A stretch of 63,966 bases of DNA, the filler included, from Sandaracinaceae bacterium (GTDB lineage Bacteria > Myxococcota_A > Polyangia > Polyangiales > JADJQN01), in NCBI GenBank assembly GCA_947483975.1. It is 3 parts of 3 records of this genome, joined end to end, with 100 filler letters (N's around TTAATTAATTAA, not from the genome) between each part and the next. Parts side by side here need not be neighbours in the genome. Positions count along the whole stretch, not along the records: positions 26,843 to 53,218 come from CANKOL010000028.1; 2 more parts are not named here. One strand, 5' to 3'. Of the stretch, positions 29,124-38,271 are shown piece by piece. The notes under the pieces are model-generated. The model saw only the letters and a list, made by a program, of their open reading frames with translations. It was not told the origin of the DNA and did no database searches. A program made the position numbers and the translations under genes. How positions within the stretch are numbered: the first letter of the stretch is position 1; each line of letters begins with the position of its first letter.

Positions 29124-29303
29124 GGGCCAGCGAGGGTACCAGACCCGCGCGCTCCGGCGGCGACGCACGGCGGGAGTTGGGCACGCTCCACCGAAAGGCT
29201 GAAAGCCGGCTGGCGCGCAGAGGTCCCGAAGCCTCTGGAATGTATCTCGCCGCTCTATGATCTAGGTCATAGGTGGGCCTGGCCGACACCGTACTGTCAC
29301 CAA

Positions 29304-29873
29304 ATGAGGACTTTCGAAGCGGCGATGCGGATGGAGCTCGACGGGTGCGCGTTCTATCGAGAGCGCGCCGAGAAGATGAAGCAGCCCGCGCTCAGGCGAA
29401 TCCTGCTCGAGATCGCGGAGGACGAGCTGAAGCACTTCGCCCTGTTCGAAGCGCTGCGGGATGGGCGCGCCGTCGAGTACGACGGGAGCACCAAGACCCA
29501 GATCGTCCGCACGCTCAAGAGCGTCTACGAGGAGCTTCGCGCCAGCGGCATAGCGTTTCACTTCGAGGACGACGCGGCCGCGATCTGGGCGCAGGCGCGG
29601 GATCTCGAGCGCCAAGCGGAGACGTACTACCGGCAGCAAGCGCTCCTCGCGGCCAAGCCGAACGAGCGGGAAGCGCTGAACAAGGTCGCCGACGAGGAGT
29701 ACCGGCATCGCGTCGTGCTCGAGCAGGTGCTCGAGTTCCTCGAAGACCCGGCGGGCTACCTCGACAGCTCCGAGTGGTCCCAGCTGTCGGACACGCCCCG
29801 GCCGCTGGCGCCGACGGCCGCGGTGCAGGAGCACGACGCGCCCGGCGGGGGTGACCGCGAGTCGGCGGCCTAG
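29304..29873 (+). CDS. Ferritin-like (rubrerythrin-type di-iron) protein
   Basis: Duplicated E-x6-Y...EExH pattern: MELDGCAFY/EDELKH and LERQAETYY/DEEYRH; no rubredoxin domain. Confidence 0.85.
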   Translation: MRTFEAAMRMELDGCAFYRERAEKMKQPALRRILLEIAEDELKHFALFEALRDGRAVEYDGSTKTQIVRTLKSVYEELRASGIAFHFEDDAAAIWAQARDLERQAETYYRQQALLAAKPNEREALNKVADEEYRHRVVLEQVLEFLEDPAGYLDSSEWSQLSDTPRPLAPTAAVQEHDAPGGGDRESAA

Positions 29874-30622
29874 CCGAGCCGCGCGACGAGGTACGCGACG
29901 ACGTCCGCGCCGCGGACCAGCGCGCCGGGCGCGATGCGGATCTCGGAGCCATCGCGCGCGAGGAGGTCGTAGCCGAGCACGACGTTCGGGCGGTGCGCGG
30001 CCACGCGACGGCGCAGCGTCAGCTCGCTCCAGCGGTAGCTGCGTCCGTTGCGCAGCGTGAGGCCGTCCGCGTCCATGCGCCTCGGAAAGCGGCGCCAGGT
30101 GAGCAGCAAGCCGAGCGCGCCCACGCCGCAGGTGAACACGCCCACGACCGCCAGCATCACCCAGCTCGAGGGCGCGACGCGCACCTCCATCGGCGCGGGT
30201 CCCGCCGCCACCACGGTCGCGCCCTGCCGCGCGCGCTCGAACCCAGCGACCACCGCGTGCAGCCCACCGCTCGAGGCGTCCGCGCTCGCGAAGACCCACT
30301 CGAGCCGGTCCTGCCCGCAGCGCAAGGAGAGCGTGAGGCGGTGCGCTGGATCCGCGTCGGGGCGCGACGCGAGCCCCGCGCGCGCGACCACGCCCGCGAG
30401 CGCCCGCACCTCGTCGAGCCCGACGCGCCCGAGCGGACGGCGCACCGGCGCGCCGCCCGACGAGGGGCTGAAGGTCGTCTCCTGCACGAGCCCGTCGCTC
30501 CCCACGCTGAGCCAGCGCGCGCCGCGCATTCCCTCGTGCACGCCCCAGCTCAGCTCGAGCGGCGCGGGGGGCGTCGCGCCGCGCGCGAAGGCCTCGAAGA
30601 GCGAGAGATCGAAGGCACTCAT
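29870..30622 (-). CDS. Hypothetical membrane protein with C-terminal PH-like segment
   Basis: One hydrophobic hairpin followed by MDADGLTLRNGRSYRWSEL. Confidence 0.55.
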   Translation of the reverse strand: MSAFDLSLFEAFARGATPPAPLELSWGVHEGMRGARWLSVGSDGLVQETTFSPSSGGAPVRRPLGRVGLDEVRALAGVVARAGLASRPDADPAHRLTLSLRCGQDRLEWVFASADASSGGLHAVVAGFERARQGATVVAAGPAPMEVRVAPSSWVMLAVVGVFTCGVGALGLLLTWRRFPRRMDADGLTLRNGRSYRWSELTLRRRVAAHRPNVVLGYDLLARDGSEIRIAPGALVRGADVVAYLVARLG

Positions 30623-30765
30623 GGAAGGTCTTGGTCTCCGATTCGATGCGCGCGCCGCGCTCGAAGAAGGGCCGTGTTGACGCGAAAAGTCCAGCGCATG
30701 ATACCGAGAGTTCTGCGACGCGCGAGCGTGTAAGGTGGCCGGGCGCAGGAGGCTTCGAGGGCGTG

Positions 30766-31440
30766 ATGAACGACGGTTTCCCCTGGTTTCCCCTGATGAT
30801 CGGCGCGGGCGTGCTGCTCTTCGTCGGCGCGCGCTGGTGGCTCTCGGAGGCCGAGCAGACCAAGCGTGCGATTCGCAGTATCCCGCGCACGCCCATCCGC
30901 GACGTGCGCGACGGCGAGCTCGTGCGAATCGTCGGCAAGCTGCGGTACCTCGCCGAGCCCACGATCGCGCCGCTCAGCGGGCGCCGCTGCGCGTACTTCG
31001 AGGCGAGGGCGTTCGAGAAGCAGGGCAGGAGCGGCCTCACCGAGCGCGCGATGGAGGGCGGCGGCGTGGAGTTCCTCCTCGAGGACGAGACCGGGCGCGC
31101 GGTCATCGATCCCGTGCTGCTGCGCGCCGCGGTCGTCGAGGACGTGAAGTCGCAGTCGGGCATCTGGATGGCACCGAGCGACCGCATGGAGGCGTTCTTG
31201 GCGCGACACGCGCTGGCGACGACGGGCGCGCTCGGGCTCAACAAGGCGATCTTTTACCGCGAGGGAGTCTTCGAAGAGGGCGAGACCATCACGGTCGTCG
31301 GGCTCGGCACCTCCGAGCTCGACCCGTCCGAGCGCACCTCGATGTCGGGCTATCGGAACCGCTCGATGCGGCTGCGCATCTCGGCGCCGGCGGACGGCCA
31401 TGTGCTGATCAGCGACCATCCGAGCGTGACGAAGGCGTGA
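30766..31440 (+). CDS. Membrane-anchored GIDE-like domain protein
   Basis: N-terminal TM; TPIRDV..GELVRIVG, APLSGRRCAYF, FLLEDETGRA, YREGVF..GE.ITVVG; AGGAGG upstream. Confidence 0.6.
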   Translation: MNDGFPWFPLMIGAGVLLFVGARWWLSEAEQTKRAIRSIPRTPIRDVRDGELVRIVGKLRYLAEPTIAPLSGRRCAYFEARAFEKQGRSGLTERAMEGGGVEFLLEDETGRAVIDPVLLRAAVVEDVKSQSGIWMAPSDRMEAFLARHALATTGALGLNKAIFYREGVFEEGETITVVGLGTSELDPSERTSMSGYRNRSMRLRISAPADGHVLISDHPSVTKA

Positions 31441-31480
31441 GCGCGGGGCTCACGCGCGGCGCGCGCCGCGGCCGAGCGGG

Positions 31481-33139
31481 TCAGACGTCGACGAGCGAGC
31501 GCTCGTAGTCGTCCGGCGCTTCGTAGCCGAGCAGCGTCAGCGTCGTCGCCGCGACGTTCGCGAGGCCCGGCTTGCTCACGCCGCCCGCGAGCGTCAGCCC
31601 GCGCGCGCCGGGCGCGTAGACGTGAAAGGGCACGGCGTTGAGCGTGTGCGAGGTCTTCGCGGCGCGCTTGCCGCTGCCGTCGACGACGAACGACTTCGTC
31701 TTCTTGTCGAGCTCGAGCATCTCGTCGGCGTTGCCGTGATCGGCGGTGACGAGCAGCGCGCCGCCGAGGCGCTCGATCACGGGCAAGAGCCGCGCGAGCT
31801 GCAGGTCGACCGCCTGCACCGCGAGCACCGCGGCGTCGAGCGCGCCCGTGTGCCCGACCATGTCGCCGTTCGCGAAGTTGATGCGCCCCGCGCGGAAGCT
31901 TCCCGCCAGCAGCGCCGCGATCGTCGCGTCGCAGATCTCCGCCGCCTTCATCCAAGGGCGCTCCTCGAACGGCAGCGTGCCGCTCGGCAGCTCGACGTAG
32001 GTCTCGCGCGCCTCGTCGAATTTCCCCGAGCGATTGCCGTTCCAGAAGTACGTGACGTGCCCAAACTTCTGCGTCTCGCTGCACGCGAACTGCGGCACTC
32101 CGAGCCGCGCGAGGTACTCGCCCGAGGTGCGCTCGATCGTCGGCGGCGACACGAGGAAGTGCCTCGGCAGCTTGAGGTCGCCGTCGTACTGCATCATCCC
32201 GGCGTAGGCGATGTCGGGGCGCGCGCCCCTATCGAAATGAGGCAAATCCTCATCGTCGAACGCGCGCGTGATCTCGATCGCGCGGTCCCCGCGGAAGTTG
32301 AAGAACACGAGCGCGTCGCCGTCGCGCACGGGCCCGACGGGCGCGCCCCGCTCGACGATGACGAACGGCGGCAGGTTCTGATCGCCGACGCCCGGCTGCT
32401 CGGCGCGCAGCGTCTCGACCGCCTCGCGCGCGCTCGAGAAACCGCGCCCCTCGCCGCGGACATGCGTGCGCCAGCCGCGCTCGACCATGCCCCAGTCGGC
32501 GTTGTAGCGGTCCATCGTCACCTGCATGCGCCCGCCGCCCGACGCGATGCGGTAGTCACGGTCGCCGCGCGCGTTGAGCTCGGCGAGCACGCCCTCGAGC
32601 GCGTCGAGGAAGCGCGGCTCGCTCGTCGCCGGCACGTCGCGCCCATCGAGCAGCGCGTGCACGCGCACCGTGCGCACGCCCTCCTCGCTCGCGCGCCGGA
32701 GCATCGCGTAGAGGTGCTCTTGGTGGCTGTGCACGTTGCCGTCCGAGAGCAGCCCGAGAAAGTGCAGCGCGCCGCCGCGCTCCTTCGCGCGCCCCGTCAC
32801 CCGCTGCCACTCCGCGCCCGCCCAGAGCGCGCCCGACGCGATGGCCTCGCTGACGAGCTTCGCGCCTTGATCGAAGACGCGCCCCGCGCCGAGCGCGTTG
32901 TGCCCGACCTCGCTGTTGCCCATGTCGTCGTCGCTCGGCAGCCCGACGGCGGTGCCGTGCGCGCGCAGCGTCGTCGAGAGCGCGTGCTGCCCGAGCCAAT
33001 CGAGCGTCGGCGTGCGCGCGAGCCACACCGCGTCGCCCTCGTCGTGCCGCCCGATCCCGACGCCGTCCATCACGACGACGAGCACGGGCCCAGGGACACC
33101 AGCGAAGCGCGCGTGCTTGCGGAGAGTGAGGTCGCTCAT
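31481..33139 (-). CDS. gpmI: 2,3-bisphosphoglycerate-independent phosphoglycerate mutase
   Basis: VMDGVG, MGNSEVGH, SDGNVHSH, DGRD, FNFRGDR, ETQKFGHVT, NGDMVGHTG, TADHGN; real start at ATG 33139. Confidence 0.95.
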   Translation of the reverse strand: MSDLTLRKHARFAGVPGPVLVVVMDGVGIGRHDEGDAVWLARTPTLDWLGQHALSTTLRAHGTAVGLPSDDDMGNSEVGHNALGAGRVFDQGAKLVSEAIASGALWAGAEWQRVTGRAKERGGALHFLGLLSDGNVHSHQEHLYAMLRRASEEGVRTVRVHALLDGRDVPATSEPRFLDALEGVLAELNARGDRDYRIASGGGRMQVTMDRYNADWGMVERGWRTHVRGEGRGFSSAREAVETLRAEQPGVGDQNLPPFVIVERGAPVGPVRDGDALVFFNFRGDRAIEITRAFDDEDLPHFDRGARPDIAYAGMMQYDGDLKLPRHFLVSPPTIERTSGEYLARLGVPQFACSETQKFGHVTYFWNGNRSGKFDEARETYVELPSGTLPFEERPWMKAAEICDATIAALLAGSFRAGRINFANGDMVGHTGALDAAVLAVQAVDLQLARLLPVIERLGGALLVTADHGNADEMLELDKKTKSFVVDGSGKRAAKTSHTLNAVPFHVYAPGARGLTLAGGVSKPGLANVAATTLTLLGYEAPDDYERSLVDV

Positions 33140-33217
33140 GGCCACGGTTTTACACAAAGGCGTGCCGCGGCCGGGAACTATTGTGAAGTTCACGCGGCCG
33201 CGGTATGGACTGCGCCC

Positions 33218-35194
33218 ATGCCGCCAGAGCTGTCTGCGAACGAAACTGGGATTCGGTTCACGGGACGCATCCTCTACCTGACCGAGGACGCCGATCTCCT
33301 CCGACAGCAGCTCGCCGGGACGGATATTCCGTACGATCCCGAGCGCAAGCTCATCGACAACATCTCGACGGACGAGATCACGCCCGGCTGGGTCTGCTTC
33401 TACTACGACGAGACGCTCGGGCGATTCTCGCTCGTCGGGCTGCGCGGCGGGCTCTTCGGCCGCGACACGCTCAAGAGCGGCGGCTTCGACGTCATCGTCA
33501 GCGGGCAGTCGAAGGGCTGCGGTTCCTCGCGCGAGACCGCGCCGTACAGCGAGCTGACCGCGGGCATCAAGCTCGTCATCGCGCGCAGCATAGAGAAGAT
33601 CTACGGGCAGAACTCGACGAACATCGGGCTCCTGACGAGCACGAACTTCGACCTGATCCCGCGCATCCTCCGCGGCGAGTCGATCCCGATGACCGAGTTC
33701 ACGGACGGCGTCGATCCGATCAGCGCCGACATCATCCGCGCGGGCGGGCTCTTCGAGTACAACAAGCTGCGCCTGCGCGGCGAGGTCACGCCGCCTGCGC
33801 TCGAGACGGGCGCGCGCCCGATGACGATGGTCGAGAAGATCATCGCCGCGCACGCCATCGTCGACGCCAAGACGGGGCGCCTCGGCGTGCCCTTCGTCAA
33901 GCCCGGCGACGCGCTCTTCGTGCGCACCGATGTGCGCTTCTCGCACGAGTACGTGACGCCGATGGCCGACTCGCTCTTCCGCGCCGGCTTCGGTGAGGAC
34001 GCGGCGGTGCAAGAGCCCGAGTCGGTCTTCACGTTCCGCGATCACCTCACGTTCCTCGCGGACGTGATGCCCGAGGACAAGCGCAAGCTCGGCCTGCTCG
34101 ACAACGCGAACGGCCTCGCGACGACGCAAAAAGCCTTCGCCGAGCGGCATCAGCTGCGGCTCTACGGCGAGAACGAGCGCGGCGGCTCCGAGGCGATCTG
34201 CCACAACGCCGTGATGGAGGATCTCGCGCTCCCCGGGCAGGTCGTCGCGGGCACCGACTCGCACACCTGCATGGCGGGCGCGCTCGGCTGCTTCGCGTTC
34301 GGCGTCGGCAGCACGGATATGGCCAACGCTTGGTTCACGCGCGACGTGCGCGTGCACGTGCCGGAGACCGTGCGCTTCGTGCTCGGCGGACACATGAAGC
34401 CGGGCGTCGCCGCGAAGGACGTGATGCTGCACCTGCTCGCGCAGCCGTTCTTCCGCACGAGCAAGGGCATCGGCCGCGTGCTCGAATTCGCGGGCGCGGG
34501 AGTGCGCTCGATGCCGCTCGACGAGCGCGCGACCTTGACGAACATGGCCGTCGAGGCGGGCGGCTTCACCGGCATCCTCGAGGCGGACGACGTCGTGCTC
34601 GACTACCTGACGTCGATGCGGACGGGGCTCGATCGCGCGGCGCTCGCGAGCAAGTTCGTCAAGGGCGACGCGAACGCCGAGTACCTCGAGACGTTCCACG
34701 TCGACCTCGGCGACGTCGTGCCGATGGTCGCGACGCCGGGCGATCCGCGCAACGGCGTCTCGATCGCGCAGCTTCCCGGCGGCGTGAAGATCGACATCGC
34801 GTACGGCGGGTCCTGCACGGGCGGCAAGCGCGCGGACATGGACATGTACGCCGTCGTCCTCGAGGCGGCCGTCGCGAAGGGGCTGCGCGTCGCGCCCGGC
34901 GTCACCGCGTTCATCCAGTTCGGCTCGCAGGCGATTCGGCAGTACGCGGAGAAGAAGGGTTATGTCGAGATCTTCGAGGCCGCGGGCGTCGAGCTGATCA
35001 ACCCTTCCTGCGGCGCGTGCATCAACGCCGGTCCCGGCGCGTCGACGGCGAAGGAGCAGATCACCGTCAGCGCGATCAACCGCAACTTCCCAGGGCGCAG
35101 CGGCCCCGGCGGCGTGTACCTCGCGTCCCCCTTCACGGTCGCGGCGAGCGCCATCGCGGGCCGCATCGTGAGCCCCGAGGCGCTGCTCGCCTGA
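33218..35194 (+). CDS. Aconitase-family [4Fe-4S] hydro-lyase with the swivel (LeuD-like) domain fused N-terminally to the LeuC-like domain
   Basis: DNISTDEITP and GCGSSRE first; then MTMVEKI, DH, GTDSHT, GGSCTGG, CGACIN, NRNFPGR, YLASP. Confidence 0.9.
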   Translation: MPPELSANETGIRFTGRILYLTEDADLLRQQLAGTDIPYDPERKLIDNISTDEITPGWVCFYYDETLGRFSLVGLRGGLFGRDTLKSGGFDVIVSGQSKGCGSSRETAPYSELTAGIKLVIARSIEKIYGQNSTNIGLLTSTNFDLIPRILRGESIPMTEFTDGVDPISADIIRAGGLFEYNKLRLRGEVTPPALETGARPMTMVEKIIAAHAIVDAKTGRLGVPFVKPGDALFVRTDVRFSHEYVTPMADSLFRAGFGEDAAVQEPESVFTFRDHLTFLADVMPEDKRKLGLLDNANGLATTQKAFAERHQLRLYGENERGGSEAICHNAVMEDLALPGQVVAGTDSHTCMAGALGCFAFGVGSTDMANAWFTRDVRVHVPETVRFVLGGHMKPGVAAKDVMLHLLAQPFFRTSKGIGRVLEFAGAGVRSMPLDERATLTNMAVEAGGFTGILEADDVVLDYLTSMRTGLDRAALASKFVKGDANAEYLETFHVDLGDVVPMVATPGDPRNGVSIAQLPGGVKIDIAYGGSCTGGKRADMDMYAVVLEAAVAKGLRVAPGVTAFIQFGSQAIRQYAEKKGYVEIFEAAGVELINPSCGACINAGPGASTAKEQITVSAINRNFPGRSGPGGVYLASPFTVAASAIAGRIVSPEALLA

Positions 35195-35247
35195 ACCGAG
35201 CGCGTAGGCCGTTGACAGAGCGGAGGGTCGCGCGGAAGGTTCCGCGC

Positions 35248-36126
35248 GTGAACCTTCCCCGCGTCCTCCTCGCCGCCCTGCTCGCCCTCCCGGCCACTGC
35301 CTGCACCGCTCCGCATCGGCGGGCGCCGGCCGTCGATCTCGGCTCGACCGATCTCGGGCCCATCGGGATGGACATGCCCGCCTTCACGGACGACGCGGGC
35401 AGGGACGCTGGTCCGCCCGACCTCGGCTTCGACGCGGGTCCCGCAGACCTCGGCTTCGATGCGGGGCGTCCCGACCTCGGCGTGGACGCGGGTCGCCCCG
35501 ACCTCGGCGTCGATCTCGGCGTGGACGCGGGTCGCCCCGACCTCGGCATCGACGGCGGCCCCGCGGGCACCGGGCGGCTGCTGCTGTCGGAGATCGCCAC
35601 GGGGCGCGGCACGGTCCCAGACGACGAGTTCGTCGAGCTCTACAACCCGAGCGCGTCGGCGTACGACGCGAGCGGACTGCTCGTCGAGTACCGCGGCGCG
35701 TCGAGCACGGCGGTGTACTCCACGATGGCGACCCTCCCCGCGGGCACGACCATCGCCGGGCACGGCTACTACCTGCTGACGCACGCCCTCATCTACACCG
35801 CCGGGCCCGTCGGCGACCTGACGTTCACGACCTCGCTCGGCGGCGCGGGCGGACACATCCGCCTCACCTCGGCGACGGGCGCCGAGCTCGACCGCTGCGG
35901 CTGGGGCACCGCGCCCGCGCCCGAGGGCACGCCCACGGCTGGCGGCCTCACGGGCACGCAGACGCGCGAGCGCAAGGCGCTGGCGACGAGCACGGCGGCC
36001 ACGATGGCCGTCGGCGGCGCGGACGAGCTCAGGGGCAACAGCAGCGACACGAACGACAACGGCGCGGACTTCGTCGTGCGCGAGCTCGCCGAGCCGCAGA
36101 ACAGCGCGAGCGTCGAGGTCCCCTGA
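35248..36126 (+). CDS. Lamin-tail-domain lipoprotein with DAG/DLG repeat linker
   Basis: Signal ending ATAC; LLLSEI, DEFVELYNPS, GTTIAGHGYYL, DTNDNGADF; TTGACA at 35212-35217 upstream. Confidence 0.78.
   Translation: MNLPRVLLAALLALPATACTAPHRRAPAVDLGSTDLGPIGMDMPAFTDDAGRDAGPPDLGFDAGPADLGFDAGRPDLGVDAGRPDLGVDLGVDAGRPDLGIDGGPAGTGRLLLSEIATGRGTVPDDEFVELYNPSASAYDASGLLVEYRGASSTAVYSTMATLPAGTTIAGHGYYLLTHALIYTAGPVGDLTFTTSLGGAGGHIRLTSATGAELDRCGWGTAPAPEGTPTAGGLTGTQTRERKALATSTAATMAVGGADELRGNSSDTNDNGADFVVRELAEPQNSASVEVP
35404..35550 (+). repeat. Imperfect 27-bp coding tandem repeat (DAGxxDLGx), 5 full copies plus one partial
   Basis: Units such as GACGCGGGTCGCCCCGACCTCGGCGTC read directly. Confidence 0.9.
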
Positions 36127-36146
36127 CGGCGCGGGGCGCACTTTTT

Positions 36147-36175
36147 TTGCCGCGGACGGGCGTGCCCGCGACAAT
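36147..36175 (+). promoter_or_regulatory. Putative sigma70 promoter of small ORF 36182
   Basis: TTGCCG-17 nt-GACAAT, 6 nt before the ATG; T-run immediately upstream. Confidence 0.5.
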
Positions 36176-36181
36176 GCCTAC

Positions 36182-36343
36182 ATGTACGACACGCCGCACC
36201 TGCACATCGACACGAGCACCCGACTGCCGAGCTTCTTCGAGACGGACCGTCGCCGGGACGGACGCGAACAAGACGCGAGCCGCGTCAAGGTCGAGCGGCG
36301 CGCGGGTGAGCGGCGGACGGTCGCGTCCCTGCGGCGCGGCTGA
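36182..36343 (+). CDS. 53-aa small protein with DRR/ERRxxERR motifs (not in ORF track)
   Basis: MYDTPHLHIDTSTRLPSFFETDRRRDGREQDASRVKVERRAGERRTVASLRRG; fills the intergenic gap; GC-rich third positions; promoter-like sequence upstream. Confidence 0.55.
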   Translation: MYDTPHLHIDTSTRLPSFFETDRRRDGREQDASRVKVERRAGERRTVASLRRG

Positions 36344-36411
36344 GCTCATCGTTCGCGTCGGGATGCAGACGGCCGTTGCATTCCCGTCGCGCGTCTGATG
36401 TTCTGCGGGTC

Positions 36412-36687
36412 ATGCCTGTGAAGAAGATCCTGCGTGCGACGGTCGAGCGGCTGGAGAAGAGCACTGCGGTGCTCGACGTCGAGGGACACGAGGTCGCGTT
36501 CCCCCGCGCTTCGCTGCCGACGCCGCTGCTCGAGGGCGAAGTGCTCGTCTTCTCGATCGACGTCGATGCCGCGAGCGCGGCGCGCGACGAGGTCGCGGAG
36601 AACATCGACAGCGAGACGAGCAAGGCCGGCGCCGGGCGCAAGCGCGGGAATCCGCGCACCGCCTCGACGCGCTCGAACAAGAAGTGA
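36412..36687 (+). CDS. Small DUF3006-like protein
   Basis: ATVERLEKSTAVL...FPRASLP..L.EGEVL pattern. Confidence 0.6.
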   Translation: MPVKKILRATVERLEKSTAVLDVEGHEVAFPRASLPTPLLEGEVLVFSIDVDAASAARDEVAENIDSETSKAGAGRKRGNPRTASTRSNKK

Positions 36688-36735
36688 TCGCGCGGCGCGA
36701 CGACGCGCGGCGCGGCTGAGGGAGAGGGATCGAAG

Positions 36736-38262
36736 ATGTTCACGAAGGTGCTGGTCGCGAACCGCGGCGAGATCGCGGTGCGCATCCTGCGCACGCTGCG
36801 CGAGCTTGGGCTCCGCTCCGTCGCGGTCTACAGCGACGCGGATCGAACCGCGCCGCACGTCCGCCTCGCCGACGAGGCCGTGAACATCGGCCCGGCGCCG
36901 AGCGCGCAGAGCTATCTGCTCAGCGAGCGGCTGATCGACGCGTGCAGGAGGACCGGCGCGCAAGCGGTCCACCCGGGCTACGGCTTTCTCAGCGAAAAAC
37001 CGCAATTCGCGCAGGCTTGCCGCGACGCGGGGCTCGTGTTCATCGGGCCCGATCCGAGCGCGATGATCGCGATGGGCAGCAAGACGGCCGCGCGCGAGCG
37101 GATGATCGCCGCCGGCGTGCCCGTCGTGCCGGGGATTCAGTCCGCGGGCTCCGTCGAGGAGCTTGCGCGAGAGGCCGAGCGCATCGGCTTCCCCGTGATG
37201 CTCAAGGCGGCGAACGGCGGCGGCGGCAAGGGGATGCGCCTCGTCGAGAAGGCGAGCGACCTCGCCGCGGCCTACGAGCGCGCGCGCAGCGAGGCGCTCA
37301 GCGCGTTCGGCGACGACGCGGTGTACCTCGAGAAGGCCGTGATTCGCCCGCGGCACGTCGAGATTCAGGTGCTCGGCGATCAGCACGGGAACACCGTCCA
37401 TTACTTCGAGCGCGACTGCTCGATCCAGCGCCGCCATCAGAAGGTCGTCGAGGAGACGCCCTCCCCCGCCGCGCTCGCGACGCCCGAGCTCATCGCGGAG
37501 ATGGGCGAGGTCGCCGTCCGCGCCGCGAAGGCGGTCGGCTACTACTCGGCCGGCACCTGCGAGTTCCTGCTGTCGGAGACGGGGGAGTTCTACTTCCTCG
37601 AGATGAACACGCGCCTGCAGGTCGAGCACCCGGTGACGGAGCTGATCACGCAGACGGACCTCGTCGCGGAGATGGTGCGCATCGCGCAGGGCGAGAAGCT
37701 CGGCTACGCGCAGGAGCATGTGCGGCGGCACGGGCACGCGATCCAGTGCCGCATCTACGCCGAAGATCCGGCGACGAATTTCATGCCGAGCCCCGGGCGC
37801 ATCGACACGCTGCGCGTGCCCGCGGGCCCGGGAATTCGCGATGATTCAGGCGCGTACGAGGGCTACGAGGTCTCGAGCTTCTACGATCCTTTGATCAGCA
37901 AGCTCTGCGTCTGGGCGCAGGACCGCCCGCGCGCGGTCGCCAAGATGCGGCGCGCGCTCTCGGAGTACGTCGTCACCGGCATCAAGACGAACCTCCCCTT
38001 CCACCTCGCGCTCTTCGGGCAGCCGGACTTCGTGCGCGGCGCGTACGACACGGGCTTCATCGAGCGACACAAGGAAGCGCTGCTCGTCGGCGGGCACGTC
38101 GACGCGGGCGACGGCGACGCGATGACGCTCGGCGCTGCGATCGCGCAGGCGCTGCGCGATCACGAGTCGTCGAAGGGCGGCGCCAAGCCCGCGCACGCGA
38201 ACGGGCACGCCGCCTCGGGCATGAGCCCGTGGCGCATGGGCGGGCTCTCGCGCCTGCGCTGA
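36736..38262 (+). CDS. accC: Biotin carboxylase subunit of an acyl-CoA carboxylase
   Basis: KVLVANRGEIA, HPGYGFLSE, GGGGKGMR, ERDCSIQRRHQK, FLEMNTRLQVEHPVTE, YDPLISKL; no biotinyl domain. Confidence 0.93.
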   Translation: MFTKVLVANRGEIAVRILRTLRELGLRSVAVYSDADRTAPHVRLADEAVNIGPAPSAQSYLLSERLIDACRRTGAQAVHPGYGFLSEKPQFAQACRDAGLVFIGPDPSAMIAMGSKTAARERMIAAGVPVVPGIQSAGSVEELAREAERIGFPVMLKAANGGGGKGMRLVEKASDLAAAYERARSEALSAFGDDAVYLEKAVIRPRHVEIQVLGDQHGNTVHYFERDCSIQRRHQKVVEETPSPAALATPELIAEMGEVAVRAAKAVGYYSAGTCEFLLSETGEFYFLEMNTRLQVEHPVTELITQTDLVAEMVRIAQGEKLGYAQEHVRRHGHAIQCRIYAEDPATNFMPSPGRIDTLRVPAGPGIRDDSGAYEGYEVSSFYDPLISKLCVWAQDRPRAVAKMRRALSEYVVTGIKTNLPFHLALFGQPDFVRGAYDTGFIERHKEALLVGGHVDAGDGDAMTLGAAIAQALRDHESSKGGAKPAHANGHAASGMSPWRMGGLSRLR

Positions 38263-38271
38263 CGCGGGCGC

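Noticed and set aside
27741..29303. Long N-terminal extension of the ferritin-like ORF
   Set aside because: Antisense to the M16 gene; homology starts at ATG 29304.
31622..34699. Mutually overlapping 1072-aa and 1190-aa ORFs (apparent gpmI and aconitase mega-proteins)
   Set aside because: Each N-extension is the antisense shadow of the other gene; the real genes are divergent from 33139 and 33218.
35404..35550. 27-bp repeats (also short repeats near 45535-45600 and 51150-51220) as a possible CRISPR array
   Set aside because: No unique spacers, in-frame coding units with synonymous variation, and no cas genes.
36128..36148. T7 run after the lamin-tail gene as an intrinsic terminator
   Set aside because: The preceding stem is only about 4 bp; the run fits better as the upstream part of the small-ORF promoter.
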